The notes under the pieces were generated by a model. That model was not told where the DNA came from. It did not search any database and worked only from the letters and a program-made list of their open reading frames with translations. 64,000 bases of DNA from an uncultured Eubacteriales bacterium (GTDB lineage Bacteria; Bacillota; Clostridia; Christensenellales; Borkfalkiaceae). The DNA lies in contig UQHL01000004.1 in NCBI GenBank assembly GCA_900540805.1, positions 101,323 through 165,322 of the forward strand, written 5' to 3'. Shown piece after piece: positions 27,442 to 36,991 of this stretch. A program made the translations under genes and the position numbers. Position 1 is the stretch's first letter. Each line of letters begins with the position of its first letter.

Positions 27442-28353
27442 TTAATTGAGTTTGAGCGCGCCCGTCAGCTCGCCGATGTTCTTTACGCCGTGCGCGTCGC
27501 ACCAGGCGTCGAGTCCGTCGATGATCTTCGGACACGCGGACGTATCCGTGAAATTGGCCGTACCCACCTGAACGGCGACGGCGCCCGCCAGAAGAAACTC
27601 CACGGCGTCCTCCGCGCAGGTGATACCGCCCATGCCCACGACGGGGATCTTTACCGCATGCGCCGCCTCGAACACCATGCGCACCGCAATCGGCTTAATC
27701 CCCGCGCCCGATACGCCGCCCGTATTGTTGGCCAGCACGGGACGGCGGCGTTCGATATCGATCGCCATGCCCGTAAAGGTATTGACGAGGGAAACCGCGT
27801 CCGCGCCGCCCTCTTCCGCCGCCCGCGCGTTGGCGGCGACGCTTTCGACGTTTGGCGAAAGCTTGACCATCAAAGGCGTTTTTTTCAGCGCGGCCTTGGA
27901 TACGCGCGTCACTTCCCTTACGCTTTCGGGACGAATTCCGAACGCCATGCCGCCGCAGCGGACATTGGGGCAGGAGATATTCAGCTCGATCATGTCCGCA
28001 AGCCCGTCCAGCCGCGCGCAGATCGCCGCGTACTCCTCGAGCGTCTTGCCCGCGACGTTGGCGATCACCGCCGTGCCCGTCCCCTTCAGCCACTCGAGAT
28101 CGTGCGCGATAAAATGCTCCGCTCCGGGGTTTTGCAGGCCGACGGCGTTGAGAATGACGCCGCGGGATTCCGCGATACGGGGCGTGGGATTGCCGAGACG
28201 CGGCTCCAGAGTAAGCCCTTTCGTCGATACGCCGCCGAGGCGGCCGATATCGTACAGCTCGTTATATTCGCGGCCGAAGCCGAAGGTACCCGACGCGGCG
28301 ACGACGGGATTTTTCAGCGTCACGCCGCAAAGATTTACCGATAAATTGGCCAT
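27442..28353 (-). CDS. pyrD: dihydroorotate dehydrogenase catalytic subunit (class 1B)
   Basis: NPVVAASGTFGFG, ELNISCPN, GGI motifs. Followed by pyrE and preceded by pyrK. Confidence 0.9.
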   Translation of the reverse strand: MANLSVNLCGVTLKNPVVAASGTFGFGREYNELYDIGRLGGVSTKGLTLEPRLGNPTPRIAESRGVILNAVGLQNPGAEHFIAHDLEWLKGTGTAVIANVAGKTLEEYAAICARLDGLADMIELNISCPNVRCGGMAFGIRPESVREVTRVSKAALKKTPLMVKLSPNVESVAANARAAEEGGADAVSLVNTFTGMAIDIERRRPVLANNTGGVSGAGIKPIAVRMVFEAAHAVKIPVVGMGGITCAEDAVEFLLAGAVAVQVGTANFTDTSACPKIIDGLDAWCDAHGVKNIGELTGALKLN

Positions 28354-28437
28354 GATGTTTTTCCTTATTGTCTTTCTAAAGCTTGCCTTGCAAAACCGTT
28401 TTTAAGGTCTTTTCCTTATCTTACGCTTAAAATTCCG

Positions 28438-29193
28438 TTATAAAACCACTTCCCCGATCCCGAACACGGGGCCGTCCTTACAGACGCGGGCGTGTTCGCC
28501 GTTCGTCTTCTCGCACACGCAGACGAGGCAGGCGCCGATCCCGCACCCCATGCGTTCCTCCAAAGAAACATAACAGGGAATATCCCTGCCCTCGAGCACC
28601 GTTTTCAGAGCCCGAAGCATGGGCAGCGGCCCGCAGGAAAGCACGACGTCGGGGCGTTCTCCCGCCTCTAAATCCGCGGCGAAGGCCTGCACGGCGTTCA
28701 TTTTTTCCCCGAAACTTCCGTCGTCCGTCACGGCGGTCAGCTTTTTCGCCCGTTTAAGTTCCTCAAGCCCGCATACCGCGCCTTTGTTGCGGAACCCGAT
28801 ATAGGCGGAAATTTCCTTTTCCGCCGCGTATTCCCCGATGACGGAAATCATGGGGAAGATCCCTACGCCGCCGCCCACGAGGGCGATCTTTTTTTCGTTT
28901 TCTTTGAGATAAAAGCCGTTGCCGAGAGGCAGGAGCGCGTCGAGCGTTTCCCCCGCCTTCCTTTCGGACAGCAGCTTTGTGCCCTCGCCCCTGATCTGAT
29001 AACAGACCGTGACTTTTTCCCCGTCCGCTTTGCATACCGCCAGAGGACGCTTCAAAAGGTGCGCCCCGCCCACCGAAAGGTCGGCAAACTGCCCCGCGCG
29101 TATCTTCACCGCCTCGGGAAGCGCCAATGTCAAAGAATAGATATTTTCCGCCGCGGGCTTATTTTCGAGAATCGTCGCTTGGTATTCCCTCAT
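28438..29193 (-). CDS. pyrK: dihydroorotate dehydrogenase electron-transfer subunit
   Basis: FAD/NAD-binding fold plus C-terminal 2Fe-2S Cys cluster (CGIGACLVCVC). Confidence 0.85.
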   Translation of the reverse strand: MREYQATILENKPAAENIYSLTLALPEAVKIRAGQFADLSVGGAHLLKRPLAVCKADGEKVTVCYQIRGEGTKLLSERKAGETLDALLPLGNGFYLKENEKKIALVGGGVGIFPMISVIGEYAAEKEISAYIGFRNKGAVCGLEELKRAKKLTAVTDDGSFGEKMNAVQAFAADLEAGERPDVVLSCGPLPMLRALKTVLEGRDIPCYVSLEERMGCGIGACLVCVCEKTNGEHARVCKDGPVFGIGEVVL

Positions 29194-29197
29194 GATT

Positions 29198-30106
29198 TCA
29201 CTTCCCCATTCTGCCGATGGTTTCGGACAGGTCCTTTTTCATGGCGAGCGCCGCCGCGCGCGCCGCTTCGTAATAGGTTCCGCCCGTTTTCTTATAGGCG
29301 CATATGATCCCGCGCGAATTGTTGACCACGCCGCCGAGACCGTTTTTCCCGAAACAGCATTTCAGCATTTCGGCGTTTGCGCCCTGCGCGCCGTAGCCGG
29401 GAATGAGGAAAAAGGTATGCGGCAGCTTTGCCCGCAGGGAAGCCGCTTCCGCGGGATGCGTGGCGCCCACCACCGCGCCCACCGCCGAATAGCCGTATCT
29501 GCCCGCCGTAGGCTCGCCCCACTTTTCCACGAGGCCGCCCATGTATTCATAAACGGGCGTTCCGTTTTCGAGCAGGAGGTTCTGCAGCTCGCCGCTCGAG
29601 GGATTGGAGGTTTTGACCAGCACAAAAATCCCCTTGCCGCGCTTCGCGCAGTCCTCGACGAAGGGCGCAATTCCGTCCGTGCCGAGATACCCGTTGACGG
29701 TCAGAAAATCGGACGGAAACGCGGAAAACCGCGCGCCGTTCACCTCCGTTTCGCCGAGAAAGGCTTTCGAATAGCAGGCCGCAGTGGAACCGATGTCGTT
29801 GCGTTTTGCGTCCGCGATGACGACGAGGCCCTTTTCCGCGGCGTATTTCAGGGTAGCCTCGTAGGCTTTCAGCCCCTCCGCGCCGTACATTTCGTAATAG
29901 GCGATCTGCACTTTTACGGACGGAACGACGTCGTAAAGCGTGTCGATGAGTTTTTTATTGAAATCGAAAATGCGCTCCGCGACGTCGGAAAAATTTTTCG
30001 CGCCCGCGCGCATATCGTCGGGAAGATAGTCGAAAGAGGTGTCCAGCCCCACGCAGGTGGGATTTTGCAGCTCGATAATGCGTTCGATCAGCCGATCCGT
30101 AATCAT
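29198..30106 (-). CDS. pyrF: orotidine-5'-phosphate decarboxylase (type 2, long form)
   Basis: CVGLDTS...ADAKRNDIGST motifs. Confidence 0.85.
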   Translation of the reverse strand: MITDRLIERIIELQNPTCVGLDTSFDYLPDDMRAGAKNFSDVAERIFDFNKKLIDTLYDVVPSVKVQIAYYEMYGAEGLKAYEATLKYAAEKGLVVIADAKRNDIGSTAACYSKAFLGETEVNGARFSAFPSDFLTVNGYLGTDGIAPFVEDCAKRGKGIFVLVKTSNPSSGELQNLLLENGTPVYEYMGGLVEKWGEPTAGRYGYSAVGAVVGATHPAEAASLRAKLPHTFFLIPGYGAQGANAEMLKCCFGKNGLGGVVNNSRGIICAYKKTGGTYYEAARAAALAMKKDLSETIGRMGK

Positions 30107-30120
30107 GTCCGTTTCTCCTT

Positions 30121-31386
30121 TTACGCTTTGTATTTCACGTCGCCGTCAACCAGCGTGTATTTCACGACGCCCGAAAGCCTGCGGCCGTTGAAGGGCGTGT
30201 TTTTGCCCTTGGAAACAAATTTTGCGGAATCGACGACAAATTCCTCGTTCAGGTCCGCAATCGTGAGGTCGGCCGCCCCGCCCGCCTCGATCTTCCCGCC
30301 GCCTAAATTTAATATATCGGAGGGATTGCGGCTCATTTTGTCCGCGATTTCGCTGAGCGTCAAGGCGCCCGCCTTATATAAATAAGTGATTGCAAAGGCG
30401 AAGGAGGTCTCGATTCCGCTGATTCCGAACGCCGCCAAATTGTATTCCACATCCTTGTCGTTGGCGTGATGCGGCGCGTGGTCGGTGACGATTGCGTCCA
30501 GCGTTCCATCCTTCAATCCTTCGATAATCGCAACCCTGTCCCGCTCCTCGCGGATCGGCGGGTTGACTTTGGTATTGGTGTCGAAGCCCGTGATGAGATC
30601 GTCCGTCGCGGCGAAATAGTGCGGGCAGGTCTCCGCCGTTACCTTGACGCCCGCGCGTTTGGCGTCGCGGATCAGCCGCACGCCGCTGTACGTCGAAACG
30701 TGACAGATATGCACGGGCACGCCGAGGCTTTCGGCAAGGCAAAGCTCGCGCGCGATGCTCACGTCCTCCGCCGCGCGGGGAATCCCTTTCAGCCCCGCCA
30801 GCGTGGAATTGTAGCCCTCGTTGACCACGCCGCCGTCGGCCAGCTCCTTATCCTCGCAGTGGCAAAGGCATTTCATACCGAAGCCGCTCGCGTATTCCAT
30901 CGCCAGGCGCATGAGGCGGGAGCTCGCCACCGCTTTTCCGTCGTCGGAGATCGCCACCGCGCCCGCCTTTTTCATCTCTCCGATGTCCGCCAGCTGTTCG
31001 CCGTTTTCCCCTTTGGTGATCGCGCCGATCGGGCGGATTTTGCACAGCCCCGCCTCTTCGCCGCGATGGCGGATATAGCTGATCACCACCTTATTGTCCG
31101 CGACGGGCTGCGTGTTGGGCATGCAGCAAACCTGCGTGAAGCCCCCTTTCACCGCCGCCCTCGAACCGCTTTCGATGTCCTCTTTGTACTCGAAGCCCGG
31201 TTCTCTCAGATGTACGTGCATGTCGATCAGCCCGGGAAACACGTGCAGCCCCGCCGCGTCGATCACAGCCTCGCCCTTTTCGGGCGCAATCGTCTCTGCG
31301 ATTTTTTCGATTTTTCCGTCCGCGATACGAATGTCCTTTTTCTCCACCGTGTCCTTAAAAACCACGTTTCCGTTTTGGATAATCAT
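30121..31386 (-). CDS. pyrC: dihydroorotase
   Basis: DMHVHLREPG metal-binding motif. 421 aa. Confidence 0.9.
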   Translation of the reverse strand: MIIQNGNVVFKDTVEKKDIRIADGKIEKIAETIAPEKGEAVIDAAGLHVFPGLIDMHVHLREPGFEYKEDIESGSRAAVKGGFTQVCCMPNTQPVADNKVVISYIRHRGEEAGLCKIRPIGAITKGENGEQLADIGEMKKAGAVAISDDGKAVASSRLMRLAMEYASGFGMKCLCHCEDKELADGGVVNEGYNSTLAGLKGIPRAAEDVSIARELCLAESLGVPVHICHVSTYSGVRLIRDAKRAGVKVTAETCPHYFAATDDLITGFDTNTKVNPPIREERDRVAIIEGLKDGTLDAIVTDHAPHHANDKDVEYNLAAFGISGIETSFAFAITYLYKAGALTLSEIADKMSRNPSDILNLGGGKIEAGGAADLTIADLNEEFVVDSAKFVSKGKNTPFNGRRLSGVVKYTLVDGDVKYKA

Positions 31387-31402
31387 TTTCTTTACACCTC
31401 GC

Positions 31403-32332
31403 TTATTTACCCGATTTTCTGAATTGTTCCAACAGGAACAAAAGCGCCATTCTCACCGCCACGCCCGACAGCACCTGATCCTCGATACGGCTTTTCCCGT
31501 CGTCTATCACCGCGCTCGTCAGCTCCACGCCGCGGTTTACGGGGCCGGGGTGCATGACGATCGCGTCCGGCGAAGCCAGGGACAGCACCTTTTCGTTTAC
31601 GCCGTAAAATTCCGCGTACTCGTTGAGGGAGGGGAAGTTGCCCGCCTGCTGACGCTCCAGCTGAATGCGCAGCCCCATGACGACGTCCGCGCCCTCCACC
31701 GCCTCCTCACGGGAGGCGCACAGCTTCGCGCCCAATCGGTCGATCCCTTTCGGAATCAGCGTTTCGGGCGCGAACATTTTGACCTCCGCGCCCAATTTCG
31801 TCAGGCCGAACAGATCCGATTTCGCCACGCGGGAATGCTTGATATCCCCGAGAATCGCCACCTTCAGTCCCTCTATCTTCCCGAACCGCTCCCGCATGGT
31901 GCACATGTCGAGGAGCGCCTGCGTGGGGTGCTCGTTCATGCCGTCGCCCGCGTTCAGAACGCTCGCCTTCACCGTTTTTGCAAGCAGATAGGGCGCGCCG
32001 CCCATGGGGTGGCGAATGATGATGAAGTCGTTTTTCATGGCGTCCAGCGTCTTTCCCGTATCGACGAGCGTTTCGCCCTTGGCTACGGAGGAGGAGCTTG
32101 CGGCGATGTTGATCGTGCTCGCGCCCATATACTTCGCCGCCAGCTCGAAGCTGGTGCGCGTGCGCGTGCTGTTTTCATAAAAGAGAATGGTCGCCGTACA
32201 GCCCTCGAGGTGGGGTAGTTTTTTAATCCCCTGCTTCAGCAGCTTTTTCATGTTCGCGGCGGTGTCGAGAATCTCGCTGATCTCTTCCGCCGTCGCGTCG
32301 ATCAGCCCCAGCATGTCCTTTCTTTTAATCAT
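31403..32332 (-). CDS. pyrB: aspartate carbamoyltransferase catalytic subunit
   Basis: STRTR and HPxQ-type motifs (ENSTRTRTSFE, HPGPVNRG). Confidence 0.9.
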   Translation of the reverse strand: MIKRKDMLGLIDATAEEISEILDTAANMKKLLKQGIKKLPHLEGCTATILFYENSTRTRTSFELAAKYMGASTINIAASSSSVAKGETLVDTGKTLDAMKNDFIIIRHPMGGAPYLLAKTVKASVLNAGDGMNEHPTQALLDMCTMRERFGKIEGLKVAILGDIKHSRVAKSDLFGLTKLGAEVKMFAPETLIPKGIDRLGAKLCASREEAVEGADVVMGLRIQLERQQAGNFPSLNEYAEFYGVNEKVLSLASPDAIVMHPGPVNRGVELTSAVIDDGKSRIEDQVLSGVAVRMALLFLLEQFRKSGK

Positions 32333-32873
32333 TTGCGTCCTCCTTTCCGATCACGATCCTGTCCTCCGCCGCGCCCAGCTCGGTAAAATACGCTTCGACG
32401 TATTCGCTGCGGGAAGTGGGGACGTTTTTGCCCACGAAATCGGCGCGGATCGGCAATTCCCTGCCCCCGCGGTCGATCAGCTCGAGCAGCTGTATTTCCC
32501 GCGGCCGTCCGATTTTGAAGATCGCTTCGAGCGCCGCGCGCACGCTTCGGCCCGTGTTCAGCACGTCGTCGCACAGCACCGCAATTTTGTTTTCTATCGA
32601 AAAATCGGGCCGCTCCGCCGTATAGTCGGGCACAAAAAAAGCGGAAACCAGGTCGTCGCGCTGCATACCGATATCTATCCCGAAGGAAGGCACGGCGATC
32701 CCTTCCGCCTCGGAAAGACGCTCCCGTATGCGGTCCGCCACAACCTCGCCGCCGCGCTTGATGCCCAAAAGCACTACGTCGTTTAAGTTTTCGTTTCGCT
32801 CCGCGATTTCGTGCGCCAGACGGACGAGCGTCCGACGCATGCCGCCTGCGTCCATGATAACGTGTTCTGCCAT
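32325..32873 (-). CDS. pyrR: bifunctional pyrimidine operon regulator/uracil phosphoribosyltransferase PyrR
   Basis: Start set at MAEHVIMDAGG (GGAGA RBS). PRTase loop VLCDDVLNTGRS. Overlaps pyrB start. Confidence 0.85.
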   Translation of the reverse strand: MAEHVIMDAGGMRRTLVRLAHEIAERNENLNDVVLLGIKRGGEVVADRIRERLSEAEGIAVPSFGIDIGMQRDDLVSAFFVPDYTAERPDFSIENKIAVLCDDVLNTGRSVRAALEAIFKIGRPREIQLLELIDRGGRELPIRADFVGKNVPTSRSEYVEAYFTELGAAEDRIVIGKEDAND

Positions 32874-32887
32874 GCGTTTTTTCTCCG

Positions 32888-33065
32888 AAAATAAAAAGCG
32901 GCCTCGGACCGTCGCCCAAGACCGCAAATGCTTTCTCTGTTCTCCTCCCCCGCAAAAGGCGTGCGGAAAAGTCCGAAGAATATTCGTTTGCTTTATCGTC
33001 TTGTCGGCATCACGGTACCGCTCTTAAAGATACTTCAATTATAGCACACTCTTTTCCGCTTGTAA
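32888..33065 (-). promoter_or_regulatory. pyr operon promoter (TTACAA-16-TATAAT) and leader with intrinsic attenuator terminator just upstream of pyrR
   Basis: Minus-strand -35/-10 at 33060-33065/33038-33043. Terminator gcggucuugg-gcgacggu-ccgaggccgc + UUUUUAUUUU at 32888-32925. A clear PyrR box (ARUCCNGNGAGG) was not recognised by eye. Confidence 0.5.
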
Positions 33066-33095
33066 AGGGATCGGGAGGCGTTTTCCGATATTTTT

Positions 33096-33791
33096 TCAAT
33101 AGATTTTCACCAGCTTGAAATCCGTCTTATCGCAGGAGGTGAGGTGATATTCCACGCCGTTTTTTTCGGAAGAGAGAGGGAAAAACACGGGGCCGTGCAG
33201 ATGTCCGAAGATTACTTTATCCACGCCGTTGTTTTCGAAAAGCGAGGTAAACAGGCTGTCCTCGCGCTTGAGGTTGAAGGGCGGATAATGGATCAGCGCA
33301 ATCGTTTTGTCCCCCTCCTGCCGCAGCGGCTTCACCGTTTCGAAAGCGAGGCGGAAGCGCTCCGCTTCGCGAAGGTACAGCTTTTGGTCCTGTTCGGTGT
33401 AATCGGGGCTGCCCGGACACGTCCACCCGCGGGAACCGACGATCACGTATTCCCCGAGCCGCACTCCGTCCGTCTGTAAAAAGAAAAACGAGGGATCGGG
33501 CGCGCGGTCGCGCAGACGGGTAATCCCGTTCCACCAATAGTCGTGATTGCCGCGGATAAACACCTTTTTTCCGGGCAAGGGGGAAAGCGAACGCAAATCC
33601 TCCATCGCGCCGTCCATCTTCATCGCCCAGCTGATGTCTCCCGCAATGAGAACCGCGTCCTCCTCCGTCACCTTTTCCCGCCAGTCGGCTTTTATTTTTT
33701 CGAAATGCCCCTCCCAGTTTCCGCCGAATACGTCCATGGGCTTTTCGGCGTTTGCGGAAAGGTGCAGATCGCTGATCGCGTAAATATTCAT
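33096..33791 (-). CDS. metallophosphoesterase (calcineurin-like)
   Basis: DLHL, GDIS, GNHDYW motif series. Confidence 0.8.
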   Translation of the reverse strand: MNIYAISDLHLSANAEKPMDVFGGNWEGHFEKIKADWREKVTEEDAVLIAGDISWAMKMDGAMEDLRSLSPLPGKKVFIRGNHDYWWNGITRLRDRAPDPSFFFLQTDGVRLGEYVIVGSRGWTCPGSPDYTEQDQKLYLREAERFRLAFETVKPLRQEGDKTIALIHYPPFNLKREDSLFTSLFENNGVDKVIFGHLHGPVFFPLSSEKNGVEYHLTSCDKTDFKLVKIY

Positions 33792-33891
33792 GCCAACAGT
33801 ATAGCAGATTTTTCCCGAAAAGGCAAGATTTTCATGCCGTTTCGGCCGAAAGATAAATTTTTAATAATGAGCCCGAAAGCGATTAAATTTT

Positions 33892-34224
33892 TTATTCTTT
33901 TCGGTCGTCTCGATCTTCCTCATCAATTTTATTTATAAATATTTGCATGCGTTTACGTATGAAAATGGAAAATGGAACCCACATAATTCCCACAAGTATA
34001 AGAATAATTCCGATACCTATAAATTGCAGATTATGATGATACTCAATAAGCGAATATATCCCCAAAGCTACAAATATAGGCAAAAAAATAATCGGCAATG
34101 CTATTGCAGCGTGATAAGTAAACTTATAACCTTTTTTCAAGTCTTCTTTAAATTTTTTATTCATAACTTCCTCAGCTAGTATTATATTATACTTTTTATA
34201 ACTTAGCAAGTCTTTTTCGAGCAA
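33892..34224 (-). CDS. small membrane protein in an AT-rich islet
   Basis: 110 aa with 2 TM and a K/E-rich tail. Local GC ~30% versus ~60% flanks. Confidence 0.5.
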   Translation of the reverse strand: MLEKDLLSYKKYNIILAEEVMNKKFKEDLKKGYKFTYHAAIALPIIFLPIFVALGIYSLIEYHHNLQFIGIGIILILVGIMWVPFSIFIRKRMQIFINKIDEEDRDDRKE

Positions 34225-34240
34225 ATATTAATAGGTTTTT

Positions 34241-34272
34241 ACAAAAAAATCCCTCCCGCGTTTCGCGGAAGG
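34241..34272 (-). terminator. terminator downstream of the Cys-rich protein gene
   Basis: ccuuccgcg-aaac-gcgggagg followed by a U-run on the minus strand. Confidence 0.5.
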
Positions 34273-34319
34273 AACTTTCGTTTATTTGGGAAACATATCC
34301 GGACGCGGAGCGGCGGACG

Positions 34320-34991
34320 TCAGCAGCGTCCCTCGCCGCCCTTGCAGGCGCAGGCCCGTGCCTGAGGATAAAGCGGAAGCTCGAAGAAGCCCGTGCAGAC
34401 CTCGCGGGAGTATTCCTGTGCGGGGGGAATGGCGCAATAGCCGTAGGACGGCACCAGCAATTCCACCTGCATGGCGATCTTGAGAATAACGGTAGTACAC
34501 ATGCTGACGGTAAACGTGTTGTTGGCCGCGTTGAAGGTGCCCTCGGGGGCCACGGCGCTGACCACGCCTTTCACCGTGAAGGGCATGATGGAAGGAGACG
34601 GAACGAAGAGGAGAACGTCCTCGTTCATCGTCACGGATGAGGTCGCCTTGCCTTCGACGCCCGCCGCGTCCATATACAACACCTCGACGGGTATCGTGAC
34701 GGACGCCTGAACGCGGGCGCACTGTTTGTCGGACTGGCGATCTATATTGAGATTGGAAACGGTCGCCTCGGAAGAGAGAGACCTCGCGCTGATAAACGTG
34801 AGCGGATATGTAGGATTTGCGGGAACGAAGTCGGTAAGTTCCAACGTATAGTTTTCAAGCTGCGTCTGCTTGATGCAGGCGTCGAATATCTTTTCCGCCT
34901 GAATGCATACCTTTTCCGTCAAGCCGTTCAACGGATTGCCCGTAATCGTTCCGGGACATTTATCCGATTGAAAATTAGAAAAAAACGACAT
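34320..34991 (-). CDS. hypothetical protein with Cys-rich termini (possible sporulation-associated)
   Basis: 223-aa ORF with a CPGT...C...C N-terminus and an ...ARACACKGGEGRC C-terminus. Sits next to LysM and SpoVB-like genes. No family recognised. Confidence 0.55.
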   Translation of the reverse strand: MSFFSNFQSDKCPGTITGNPLNGLTEKVCIQAEKIFDACIKQTQLENYTLELTDFVPANPTYPLTFISARSLSSEATVSNLNIDRQSDKQCARVQASVTIPVEVLYMDAAGVEGKATSSVTMNEDVLLFVPSPSIMPFTVKGVVSAVAPEGTFNAANNTFTVSMCTTVILKIAMQVELLVPSYGYCAIPPAQEYSREVCTGFFELPLYPQARACACKGGEGRC

Positions 34992-35048
34992 TTTTTACCT
35001 CCGTAATTAATTACTTATTATATCTTATGTTTTACCCTGCGCTTTTCG

Positions 35049-35336
35049 TTACGCCTGCAATAATACTTTCATGCCCGGATAGAGCAGAGAAGTCATATTT
35101 TTTTGCTCGAAGTTTTCCTCGCTCCCCGAAAGCAAGGTTTTGGTGTCTCCCGCGCGCACGGTATAAAGGTTTCCCCGAAGTTTCGGGATACGCAGGATCT
35201 GCCCTTCCCACAACTCCGTTTTCAGCGAGTTGAAGCCGACGATCGCACATTCGGGCAGGGAGAACGCCTCCGCGACGGCTCTCAGCGTCTGTCCGCGTTT
35301 GACCTTATAAAATTGAGGAATCACATTTTTTAACAT
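35049..35336 (-). CDS. LysM domain protein
   Basis: YKVKRGQTLRAVAEAF...GQILRIP and YTVRAGDT LysM motifs. Start set at MLKNV to leave a divergent promoter region for the neighbouring gene. Confidence 0.55.
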   Translation of the reverse strand: MLKNVIPQFYKVKRGQTLRAVAEAFSLPECAIVGFNSLKTELWEGQILRIPKLRGNLYTVRAGDTKTLLSGSEENFEQKNMTSLLYPGMKVLLQA

Positions 35337-35405
35337 CACTCCATTATATGCGGCGGGAAAAGAAATTATCCTCATAATTCCGCAGGAAGGCCCGTACAAT
35401 AAATT

Positions 35406-36905
35406 ATGAAAAAAAATATCTATCGCACCGCCGCCGTCGTAACGGGCCTCTCCATTGCGGAACGGGCACTCGGATTTTTATATCGCATCGTTTTGTCCCG
35501 TCTGATCGGCGCCGAAGGGCTGGGCCTCTATCAGGTGGCTCTGTCCGTATTCTCCGTCTTTATCACGCTGGGCACGGGCGGCATCCCCATCACCGTCTCC
35601 CGCCTCATCTCCAAAAACAAGGCGGGCGGCAGCGCCAAAGGCGAAAGCGGCGCCGTTACGGCGGGCCTGCTCGGCTCGCTCGCGCTCACCCTGCCCGTCT
35701 GCCTTATCTTCGTCCTTTTCGGGAGCAAATTCACCTTTCTCTTCTCCGACGAAAGGTGCTTAAGCCTCTTTTCCATTCTTTTGATCGGGCTGGTCTTTTC
35801 CTCGGTTTATGCCGTCGTAAGGGGCAGCTTCTGGGGCAACAAACAATTCCTCGCCCCCTCTATCCTCGAACTGGTGGAGGAGAGCGTCATGGTCATCGCG
35901 GGCGTCCTTCTCCTGCGCGGCGTCTCCGACGTGTTCGAAGGCGCGCGGCTCGCCTGTATCGCAGTCATCATCTCCTATTTCGTCTCCTTCTCCTCGTCCG
36001 CAATCTGTTTCTTCGCCCGCGGCGGCAGGCTCTCCTCCCCCCGCGGACAGCTAAAGCCGCTCTTTTCCTCCGCCATGCCCATCACGGCCGTGCGTGCGGG
36101 CGGGTCGCTCGTCGGCTCGGCCGTGGCGGTGCTTCTGCCCGCCATGCTTATCCGCGCGGGCGCCACGCGGACGCAGGCGCTCCAGATGTTCGGCGTCGTC
36201 TCGGGCATGGCGATCCCCATTCTTTCCATTCCCTCGACGATCATCGGCTCCATTTCCCTCGTCCTCGTCCCCGAACTGTCCGAGGACTTCTATCGCAAAC
36301 GCTTTAAGCATATGGCGAAAAATATCGAGCGGGGGCTTTCCACCACCGTTTTGATCGCCTGCACCCTCATCCCGCTGTTTTTCGTGCTCGGGGACGACGT
36401 CGGGCGGGTGCTGTATTCGGACGCCAGCGCGGGCGAAATGATACGCAAATGCTGCTTTATCCTGCTGCCGATGAGCCTGACCATGATCTCCACGGGCATA
36501 CTCAATTCGCTGAATTTCGAAAAGCAGACGCTCGTCTTTTATTTTATCGGCGCGGCGCTGATGCTGGGCGCGGTTCTCCTGCTGCCGAAATACATCGGGG
36601 TTTATGCCTATCCCGTCGGGCTCGCCTTAAGCTATCTGGTCTGTTCGGTGTGCAATCTCATATTTTTATGTAAAAAATGCCCCCTGCCTTCCTCCCTGCT
36701 GAAAAAGAGCCTCATCGTCTGCGCGCTGATGCTGCCGATCTCTCTGATCGGGCAATTTATCTGCGTGGCGCTGAAAAAATATCTCAGCGCGCTGGGCGCA
36801 ATGGGCCTCACTGCACTCGCCATGCTGGCAATCACTTTCGTTCTTTACTTTTTTTGTCACATTTTTTCCCCGAAGCCCTTCAAAAAGCTTTTATTTGAAA
36901 AATAG
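35406..36905 (+). CDS. MOP-superfamily flippase, SpoVB-like (stage V sporulation protein B family)
   Basis: 499 aa with ~14 TM. N-terminus TAAVVTGLSIAERALGFLYRIVLSRLIGAEGLGLYQVA typical of SpoVB/polysaccharide biosynthesis flippases. Confidence 0.75.
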   Translation: MKKNIYRTAAVVTGLSIAERALGFLYRIVLSRLIGAEGLGLYQVALSVFSVFITLGTGGIPITVSRLISKNKAGGSAKGESGAVTAGLLGSLALTLPVCLIFVLFGSKFTFLFSDERCLSLFSILLIGLVFSSVYAVVRGSFWGNKQFLAPSILELVEESVMVIAGVLLLRGVSDVFEGARLACIAVIISYFVSFSSSAICFFARGGRLSSPRGQLKPLFSSAMPITAVRAGGSLVGSAVAVLLPAMLIRAGATRTQALQMFGVVSGMAIPILSIPSTIIGSISLVLVPELSEDFYRKRFKHMAKNIERGLSTTVLIACTLIPLFFVLGDDVGRVLYSDASAGEMIRKCCFILLPMSLTMISTGILNSLNFEKQTLVFYFIGAALMLGAVLLLPKYIGVYAYPVGLALSYLVCSVCNLIFLCKKCPLPSSLLKKSLIVCALMLPISLIGQFICVALKKYLSALGAMGLTALAMLAITFVLYFFCHIFSPKPFKKLLFEK

Positions 36906-36926
36906 AGAGATTTCCCCCCGCAATCC

Positions 36927-36955
36927 TTGACAGAAGCTCTTTTTTGTTTTACAAT
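36927..36955 (+). promoter_or_regulatory. sigma-A promoter TTGACA-17-TACAAT upstream of pgi
   Basis: Consensus hexamers with 17-nt spacer, 37 nt upstream of the pgi ATG. Confidence 0.55.
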
Positions 36956-36991
36956 ATGAGTGCAAAAACTTTCTCATCGGAGGAATAGACA

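Noticed and set aside
26568-32218. Long plus-strand ORFs (e.g. 26568..27449, 27412..28344, 29192..30385, 30466..31422, 31094..32218) antisense to the pyr operon
   Set aside because: High-GC antisense frames with no RBS and no recognisable domains. The minus-strand pyr genes have clear family motifs.
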